Source: Candidatus Bathyarchaeia archaeon (GTDB lineage Archaea; Thermoproteota; Bathyarchaeia; Bathyarchaeales; Bathycorpusculaceae). Taken from it: DNA of 40,992 bases. The DNA is taken from assembly GCA_038865865.1 (NCBI GenBank), contig JAWBZV010000011.1, forward strand, positions 1 to 40,992, read 5' to 3'. Shown here one piece after another: positions 35,024 through 40,992 of this stretch. A program made the translations under genes and the position numbers. The notes under the pieces were generated by a model that saw only the letters and a list, made by a program, of their open reading frames with translations, did not search any database and was not told where the DNA came from. The first letter of the stretch is position 1, and every line of letters starts with the position of its first letter.

Positions 35024-38000
35024 AATTTTCACCTCCATCACCAGTTTTAGGTTCAATTGGGATCTTAACCGTGAAAATTGTTCCTTCTCCCAAGGCGCTC
35101 CTCACGTTTATGGAGCCCCCGTGAGCCTCAACGAAACGTTTACATATTGCCAAACCTAGGCCCATCCCCTTAGCTTTTGTTGTGAATAGGGGGGTACAAA
35201 GCTTATTCAGAACTTCCTTAGACATTCCAATCCCCGTGTCTGAGAATGTAAACAAGACCTTATCGCCCACCTTCCTACTTTTTATTGTCAGGGTTCCTCC
35301 GTTAGGCATTGCTTCAACCGCGTTCTTGATAAGGTTTATGAATGCCCGCTTCAACTTTTCGACGTCCACCTTCATCGTTAAAGAGCCTTTAACTTGAACT
35401 ATTACTTGGATGTTTTTTGGAACTTTAACAAGTGAGAGGGCTTGTTCAATCAATGCTTTCGGGCTTGTTTCAGTTAGTTCAAGTTTTACATCCCGGGAGA
35501 AGTCTAGAAGGTCGTTTATAATCTTATTTGAATAGGCTATGTTCCTCTCTATAATCTCAATCATCTCCCTTAATTTAGCATCCTGTTCCTGGGCCAGCCG
35601 TTTTTTAATGTAATAGGCTGCGGCGTACATGCTTGTTAGGGGATTGCGCAGGTCATGGCCTACCATGCTTGCCAGCTCTCCAATAACCGCAAGCCTCTGA
35701 GCCTTCAAAAGTTTATCCTGAAACTCGGCTAAGGCGCGGGTTCTCTCTTCCACTTTACGCTCAAGTTGGTCGGCGTAAACCCTAAGCGCCGATTTCGCCC
35801 TTTCGAGGTTCTCAATCAGTTGAGCGTTTTCAAGGATTATTGCCGTCTGATGCAGGAAAAGTTCAATGGGGAACAGATCCTCCGCTGAGGGTTTTTTGTC
35901 AGCCCTAGGGTTATCCATGGTTAGAATTGCAACTATCCTCCCTTCAGGGGTGCGGATTGGAGCGTATATAAAATGTGAAGATTGCCAGGCGAGGAAATGT
36001 TTAGAGAAAATCTCGCTTGGGATCGTAGGGTCGCTCCGCGATATGCAATAGAATTCGCCAATCTTATATTTTTCAAATTTCGGGCTTAAAAGTTCCCTCC
36101 AAACATCGCCTGGAACCCTGTTTTCATCCATTGTCTTGATTTCTTCTTTTGTAAATCCTGCCGAAACAGCTTCTTTCAGTTTGAGGTTTTCATCCCTCAG
36201 GGATATTGTCACCTTCTCCCATCCAAATTTCTGTATGGTTTCGACGATTTCCCTAAGCCTTCTACGCATGCTTTTAGTTTGCATGATTTTCGTGGAGCTT
36301 TTTATTAAATGCTCAAGTTGTTTTGAAAGCTTTGCGACGGTTTCCTGTTTTCTAATGTTGCTTATCGCGATAGCCACATAGGAGGCTAAAATTTCAAGCC
36401 TTTTTACGTCTTCTTCGTCGAAGGCTGCGAGGTTATGGCTTTCAACGTTTAAAACGCCTAAAACCTTGTTCCCAGCCTTTATTGGAGCAGCAAGTTCAGA
36501 CAGAATGTCTTCAGCTGCCCCCTTAACGTAGGCTGGGTCTTTCCTAGTGTCTGCAACATAGACGGTTTTTCTTGTTTTCACAGCCCTGACTGTTACACCC
36601 TTCTCACCGTTTAATGGCAGCTCCAGCTTAGGTACGTAGTCCACGTCCAAGGACTTTATCAGTTTAAGCTTATCCCCTTCAACGAGGAGAAAGCTTACAT
36701 GCTTAAACCCTAAGAGTTTCTGCATAGCCTCCAAAGTTAAGCTGCAAATTTCATCTATATTCTTTGCTTTGATGAGGTTTCGCCCAAAAGCGTTTATTGC
36801 AGCTAGCCTTTCCTGCCTTTTAAGGTTGCTTATGGCTGTCGCAGCATGGGAAGCCAAAATCTCCAAAAGTTTTACATCTTCTTCTTTAAAAGCTGAAAGC
36901 TTGCAGCTTTCAACGTTTAAAACGCCTAAAACCTTGCTTCCAACCTTAATTGGAACAGCAAGCTCGGAGAGCATGCCCTCCTTTGCTTTAACATACGCCT
37001 TTTCCTTTCTAACATCTGGAACGTTTAAGGAGTCGCCTTTTCTAGCCGCCCTAACTACTATTCCCATGTCCCCGTCAAGGGGGAGCACAAGCCTCGGGGG
37101 CCCCTTGTATCCCCGCTGGGCTACCATGCGCAGGTTTCTCTCATCAACAAGGAATATTGAGGCGTATTCGTATCCAAGGGTTTTCCTTGCAGCATCTAAT
37201 GTAAGCTTAAATACCTCCTTTAGGTCCTTAGCCGTGTTAAGCCTTTGAGCGTACCTATTGAGTTCTGAAAGCCTTTTCTCATACAGTTTTCTTTCCGCTT
37301 CAAGCCTTTTCCGTTCAGTTATGTCTAGAACATGGGCTATCACCAAGACACGGTCGTAAGCGTCCATAAGGGTTTTGGCCTTTACTTCAACATCCCTTTT
37401 CTCGCCGTCTTTCCTAACTATTTTGAACTCGTATCGTGCTGGCGGGAGTTCCCTCTTTCCCTGCTCTTGCATCAGCCTGCGAAGGTCTATTTTTTTAACT
37501 GTGGTTTTGCTTCCCCTTGTGAGAAACTTTCTAAAGTCTTCTCCGATCAACTCTTCCCTTGAGTAGCCCGTAATTTTAGTCAGAAGGTTGTTTACATAAA
37601 CAATCTTGTAGTTTTCATCAACTATTGCTATGCCGTCGTGGGAGCCTTCCACAACTGAGCGGAAAAGCTCTTCCCGCTCCCGCAGCACCTCTTCCATAAG
37701 CTTTCTTTCCGTGATGTCTCGGCTGACGCCTACTAATCCAACAATCTTCCCCTGACTGTCGTGGATTGGAGCTTTAATGGTTTCAAAAAACTTTTTCTCG
37801 CCCTTCTCATTAGTGGTTTGTTCCTCTGCACGGATTATTACGCCTTTCCTAAGCACTTCTTGATCGCTTTTCCTGCAGTATTCGGCCAAGTCCGCTGGGA
37901 AAAGCTGGTCGTCTGTTTTCCCGATGATGTCTTTCTGGCTTAAACCCACTAAACTTTCAAAGGCGCTGTTAACCACAAGGTTGCGTCCCTGAGCATCCTT

Positions 38001-38471
38001 AAAATAGACTATGTCCGGGATTGCCTGAATGAGGGCTTGAAGCCTTTCAGTCGTCTCCTGAAGTTTCTGCTCATAAAATTTGCGTTCCGTTATGTCGCGG
38101 GCTATTCCCAGCGCGCCGACTATTTTCCCGTCTTTAATCCATGGAACACCTATAAACTCTCCAATTAAGTAATCGCCGGACTTTGAGAGGACGCGAAGCT
38201 CCACGGGTTCCGGTTTTCCACAAAGGGTTTTTCGGAAGGACTCCAAAGCCGAGGGGACGTCTTCTGGGTGTATGATGTCTGTGAAGGGTTTACCAAGCCA
38301 CTCCTCACGTTTCCAACCAGTAATTTTTTCGAAGGCTTGGTTCAGCGACTTGATTTTCCCGTCGGAGGATATGGCGTAAATGACGACCGGGACGGCTTCG
38401 ATTAGGCTGCGGTATTGCTTTTCAATGTTTGACGGGGTTCTTTGGATTTGTGGAGGCATTTTCTCCCACAT
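35016..38471 (-). CDS. Multi-sensor histidine kinase (3-4 PAS, 2 tandem GAF, HisKA, HATPase_c)
   Basis: 1151 aa. PAS-like blocks near the N-terminus, two highly similar GAF domains, HisKA 'ELASMVGHDLRNPL' with the phosphoacceptor His, and C-terminal 'DTGIGM...GMGLGLAI' G1/G2 boxes. Confidence 0.9.
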   Translation of the reverse strand: MWEKMPPQIQRTPSNIEKQYRSLIEAVPVVIYAISSDGKIKSLNQAFEKITGWKREEWLGKPFTDIIHPEDVPSALESFRKTLCGKPEPVELRVLSKSGDYLIGEFIGVPWIKDGKIVGALGIARDITERKFYEQKLQETTERLQALIQAIPDIVYFKDAQGRNLVVNSAFESLVGLSQKDIIGKTDDQLFPADLAEYCRKSDQEVLRKGVIIRAEEQTTNEKGEKKFFETIKAPIHDSQGKIVGLVGVSRDITERKLMEEVLREREELFRSVVEGSHDGIAIVDENYKIVYVNNLLTKITGYSREELIGEDFRKFLTRGSKTTVKKIDLRRLMQEQGKRELPPARYEFKIVRKDGEKRDVEVKAKTLMDAYDRVLVIAHVLDITERKRLEAERKLYEKRLSELNRYAQRLNTAKDLKEVFKLTLDAARKTLGYEYASIFLVDERNLRMVAQRGYKGPPRLVLPLDGDMGIVVRAARKGDSLNVPDVRKEKAYVKAKEGMLSELAVPIKVGSKVLGVLNVESCKLSAFKEEDVKLLEILASHAATAISNLKRQERLAAINAFGRNLIKAKNIDEICSLTLEAMQKLLGFKHVSFLLVEGDKLKLIKSLDVDYVPKLELPLNGEKGVTVRAVKTRKTVYVADTRKDPAYVKGAAEDILSELAAPIKAGNKVLGVLNVESHNLAAFDEEDVKRLEILASYVAIAISNIRKQETVAKLSKQLEHLIKSSTKIMQTKSMRRRLREIVETIQKFGWEKVTISLRDENLKLKEAVSAGFTKEEIKTMDENRVPGDVWRELLSPKFEKYKIGEFYCISRSDPTIPSEIFSKHFLAWQSSHFIYAPIRTPEGRIVAILTMDNPRADKKPSAEDLFPIELFLHQTAIILENAQLIENLERAKSALRVYADQLERKVEERTRALAEFQDKLLKAQRLAVIGELASMVGHDLRNPLTSMYAAAYYIKKRLAQEQDAKLREMIEIIERNIAYSNKIINDLLDFSRDVKLELTETSPKALIEQALSLVKVPKNIQVIVQVKGSLTMKVDVEKLKRAFINLIKNAVEAMPNGGTLTIKSRKVGDKVLFTFSDTGIGMSKEVLNKLCTPLFTTKAKGMGLGLAICKRFVEAHGGSINVRSALGEGTIFTVKIPIEPKTGDGGENYG
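36350..37280. repeat. Tandem direct duplication (about 460 nt x2) encoding the two GAF domains of the kinase
   Basis: Strings such as 'tttcaacgtttaaaacgcctaaaaccttg' and 'ggttgcttat.gc' recur at about 36352/36450 and again at 36820/36905. The encoded GAF units are near-identical ('KVLGVLNVESxxLxAFxEEDVKxLEILAS'). Confidence 0.6.
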
Positions 38472-38577
38472 GTATTAAATCTTACGATGCATTAAACTTT
38501 CCTACGCGCCCTTAAATCCCTTACGAATCCGAAATACGCGAGCATAGATGACTTTACAAGCCTAAAACAAAAGGCCG

Positions 38578-38901
38578 TTATTTCTCTTTTGAAAAACGAA
38601 GCTTTGCATCCTCCACATAATCGACAAATTTGAACTCTTTGCTCTCATCCCACGTGATGGGTTTTCCGATGCGCTCGTAAAGCTTCCTAATTATTAGGAT
38701 TTCAAGAAATTTGGAACCGAGGCCGAAGATTTTCTCTATCCCCTCAGCAAAATCCGCAAGTCGCTTCGGGATTTCCTCCTTCGACAATTTAAACTTCTTT
38801 TCAAGGTGGAAGTATATCGCTTGCTTGGAAGACTCGCCCAAGGAGGAGAAGGCTTCTTCCACAGCTTCAATTAAAAGTTCATCGAATGTTTTCTGCGGCA
38901 A
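38578..38901 (-). CDS. Hypothetical protein (upstream of the kinase, same strand)
   Basis: 107-aa ORF, Glu/Lys-rich helical. No motif recognised. Confidence 0.4.
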   Translation of the reverse strand: MPQKTFDELLIEAVEEAFSSLGESSKQAIYFHLEKKFKLSKEEIPKRLADFAEGIEKIFGLGSKFLEILIIRKLYERIGKPITWDESKEFKFVDYVEDAKLRFSKEK

Positions 38902-39038
38902 CCCCTAAACACTCCAGAGTTTAATAAATGTTATGGATTTCATATTATAAAATTTGCCGTTAATTGGATATTTTATAAGTTATGCGCTAATAGATGCCGA
39001 CTTTTAATCGGATTTGGGTTCAAAATACACGCGTCTAT

Positions 39039-39212
39039 TTAGAAGGCTTTCTTGCGTACGCGCTCCTTCATTAGACTTAACTCTTTTGCGTAGTCCATTA
39101 GCGCCATTCTGAGGGTTTCGCTTTCGCTGGCTCCGAGCCTTCTTGCAAGTTCTTCCAAGATTTCTTTTTGTTCCCTGCTTAGGAAAACTTTTACTATACT
39201 TTTTCTGGGCAT
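39039..39212 (-). CDS. Ribbon-helix-helix (CopG/Arc-family) DNA-binding protein, 57 aa
   Basis: Manual translation gives MPRKSIVKVFLSREQKEILEELARRLGASESETLRMALMDYAKELSLMKERVRKKAF. This is the classic RHH layout (beta-strand KVFLS, helix A, G-x-S turn, helix B). It is below the 60-aa track cutoff. The track ORF 39004..39225 is the overlapping wrong frame. Confidence 0.6.
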   Translation of the reverse strand: MPRKSIVKVFLSREQKEILEELARRLGASESETLRMALMDYAKELSLMKERVRKKAF

Positions 39213-39307
39213 TTTCCGCCCTCATGTATTGGCTATATCCAGTATATTTGATATACAGGAAATGCTTAAAAAACTTGCGCTACAAACAATACAATAGAGG
39301 GTTGAAA

Positions 39308-39733
39308 ATGAAAACCCTAAGAATATCAGACGACATACACCAGAAGCTCACAGCTTTACTCGGCGAGCTCATGGCCCAAACAAGCAAGATGCAAACCTAC
39401 CAAGACGCCATCGAAGCCATGCTGTACCAGTCGGTGATATTGCCGCCTGAACTCCTAAGCGAGGTGGAGCGTTTCATCCAAACCCACAGGGGGAGGGGTT
39501 ACACCACGAAAGAGGAGTTTATCCGCCAAGCCGTACGCTTCATGCTAAGGTGGGAATCCGGCGAATACGAGCTTGTGGAAATCCCAAAGGAAGATTATGA
39601 AAAACTTAACAAAGCCGTAAAAGAGATGAACACACCCTACACAAACGCAGAAGACTTCATTCGAGACCAGATCCGAAAAGCCCTAGAAAAGTATGAGGAA
39701 TGGCTTAAAGAGAGGGGTGGAAAAGAAACATGA
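39308..39733 (+). CDS. Hypothetical protein with N-terminal RHH-like segment
   Basis: The internal ATG at 39308 with AGAGGG upstream gives 141 aa (MKTLRISDDIHQKLTALLGEL...). The track ORF from 39143 would run through the divergent RHH gene. Divergent to the RHH gene above. Confidence 0.5.
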   Translation: MKTLRISDDIHQKLTALLGELMAQTSKMQTYQDAIEAMLYQSVILPPELLSEVERFIQTHRGRGYTTKEEFIRQAVRFMLRWESGEYELVEIPKEDYEKLNKAVKEMNTPYTNAEDFIRDQIRKALEKYEEWLKERGGKET

Positions 39734-39906
39734 GCCGCACAGTTTTATCAGCCATCCTAGCCCACATGGGCGTGTGGCTAAACTCTTTGGAAACCGAAAA
39801 ACTATACAATGAGCTTTTAGCCTATTTTGGGCTCATAGGAGCCGCCAACGAATGTCAAGCCCTGGAAACCGGTGGCGAGATCCACACAATAGATATGAAA
39901 TAGAAA
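39730..39906 (+). CDS. Small ORF (58 aa) overlapping the preceding stop (ATGA)
   Basis: Manual translation: MSRTVLSAILAHMGVWLNSLETEKLYNELLAYFGLIGAANECQALETGGEIHTIDMK. The ATGA overlap suggests coupling. No motif recognised. Confidence 0.25.
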
Positions 39907-39974
39907 ATTTCATAAGACAATGGCTAAATCGAAGGCGGAGAAAGGAAGAAATGGTGCCTTGGGCGGTTTAGCCG

Positions 39975-40307
39975 ATGGCCATCGAAGTTCCATCCATAAT
40001 AATAAGCATAACCGTAATCTTGGTTCTCGTGTTTTTCCTCTTAATCTTCGCATTCATGACCTTTTCCTTCTTCAGATGGCTTAAAACTCCTACCTATTAT
40101 GAGTTGGCCCCAGCGGTAAAGCCCGAAGATTATGCATGCCCAAAATGCGGCTCAAAGGAATTAGAGCTTGTTGGAAGACGCACCCTAAGGTGCAGGAAAT
40201 GCGGCACAACCTTCACAATACGGACAGGCGCCCCTGAAGTATACTGGGTTTTCTGGCCTCTATTCTGGTTTATCCCCCTCATATGGTGGACGCCGACGAA
40301 AAACTAA
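39975..40307 (+). CDS. Membrane protein with cytoplasmic zinc ribbon between TM segments
   Basis: 110 aa. N-terminal TM 'IIISITVILVLVFFLLIFAFMTFSFF', 'CPKCGS...CRKCG' ribbon, C-terminal Trp/Phe-rich TM 'VYWVFWPLFWFIPLIWW'. Confidence 0.45.
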   Translation: MAIEVPSIIISITVILVLVFFLLIFAFMTFSFFRWLKTPTYYELAPAVKPEDYACPKCGSKELELVGRRTLRCRKCGTTFTIRTGAPEVYWVFWPLFWFIPLIWWTPTKN

Positions 40308-40357
40308 ACCCTTTCTTAGACATTTCATAGAGTTAATTTATGGAGTTGTCAGAAGTT

Positions 40358-40753
40358 CTATAAAATTTTTAAAAGTTTCTGATTTTGTAGCTGCTTTTTG
40401 AGGTCTACCTCCTCTTTTGCTAATCTTTTATAGACCTCGGGGCTTTTAATGTAATGTTTGCCCTTTTCCCGCATCTGCTTCTTGCCCAGCGTTTTGGTCC
40501 TAATGAGAACGTTCACTTTTTCTAATTTTATGTCAACGTTACGGAGGCTTTGTAGAGCTTGGGAAAGCGGCATATGTTGTTTTTGCTTTTGGCCCTTCTG
40601 CTGGTCCGTTTGCGGTTCAGCACATTGAACCTTGTGGGGTACGGTTGGGCTTTTCATTTTCTTCTGCATATAGGTTCTTCGCTGAAACTTGGCGCGGCGG
40701 GTGTTTGAGGTTTGCCTTGGGAGATCAGCCAAAACTATATCAGGAGCGGCCAC
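40358..40753 (-). CDS. Basic Lys/Gln-rich hypothetical protein
   Basis: 131-aa ORF, highly basic, low complexity. Coding status uncertain. Confidence 0.3.
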   Translation of the reverse strand: MAAPDIVLADLPRQTSNTRRAKFQRRTYMQKKMKSPTVPHKVQCAEPQTDQQKGQKQKQHMPLSQALQSLRNVDIKLEKVNVLIRTKTLGKKQMREKGKHYIKSPEVYKRLAKEEVDLKKQLQNQKLLKIL

Positions 40754-40992
40754 CGAAGGCTAGACGAGTTTGAGCCTGAAAGCCTCCGCAATATTGTGTT
40801 GTCTGAGGCGGAGGGCGTTAGGGCGGTTGTTGGTAAGCCTAAGGGCAAAGACGCCGCTGAAATCGTAAGCTATCTTTTCGATGTTTCGAAGGGCTGGACC
40901 ATTGAAAAGGCGAAAGAATGGTTCAGCCAGCATTGTAAGGGCAAGGTTTCACGGTGCCACAAGCGGTTATTTGCAGTTTTGCCCTTTCAGGT

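Noticed and set aside
39004-39225. 73-aa basic ORF from the track (MRAENAQKKY...)
   Set aside because: It is out of frame with the clear 57-aa ribbon-helix-helix gene occupying the same DNA (39039-39212). Its low-complexity basic sequence is typical of a wrong frame.
39143-39307. N-terminal 55 codons of track ORF 39143..39733
   Set aside because: The extension would run through the divergent RHH gene and its promoter. The internal ATG at 39308 has a good SD (AGAGGG) and begins the conserved-looking region.
1-40992. CRISPR arrays, rRNA/tRNA genes, transposases/IS elements
   Set aside because: I scanned intergenic regions and long ORFs. I found no regularly spaced direct repeats, no tRNA cloverleaf candidates and no transposase/integrase-like ORFs.
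40797-40992. Open frame running to the window edge (VLSEAEGVRAVVGKPKGK...)
   Set aside because: Possibly the 5' part of a gene starting with GTG, but truncated by the window and without a recognisable motif. Not enough to call.

Overview
This 41-kb window reads as an archaeal chromosomal segment, about 48% GC, densely coded on both strands. It shows archaeal-style ATGA and TAATG start/stop overlaps and several TTG/GTG starts with GGAGG-like ribosome-binding sites. I found no rRNA or tRNA genes, no CRISPR array and no transposase.

Recognisable modules, in order:
1. A methanofuran/H4MPT C1 module: fwdD-fwdB-fwdA-fwdC translationally coupled, then mch. It is flanked by a CitG-family gene and an ATP-grasp RimK-family gene of the kind tied to H4MPT biosynthesis, an FdhD-type sulfurtransferase and a PPP-family protein phosphatase.
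2. A thiamin biosynthesis operon on the minus strand (thiC-thiDN-thi4). A clear TPP riboswitch (THI-box) lies upstream of thiC. It was not in the ORF track.
3. A short SMC-like ATPase (639 aa) with a possible ScpA-like kleisin and an intervening secreted protein.
4. Pro/Thr-rich surface proteins.
5. A membrane protein / coiled-coil protein / SPFH (YdjI-like) protein with four zinc ribbons, likely a membrane-stress module.
6. A thiolase plus DUF35 pair of the mevalonate-pathway type.
7. A 183-aa RpoH whose N-terminal extension resembles the eukaryotic Rpb5 N-terminal domain, i.e. a full-length Rpb5-like subunit. It sits away from any rpoB/rpoA genes.
8. A nrdR-nrdD-nrdG anaerobic ribonucleotide reductase operon with an NrdR-box palindrome upstream.
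9. A multi-PAS/tandem-GAF histidine kinase with a CheY-like response regulator.
10. Small ribbon-helix-helix and zinc-ribbon genes, one of them missed by the ORF track because it is under 60 aa and overlapped by a wrong-frame ORF.

All functional calls rest on motif recognition by eye. I ran no database searches.
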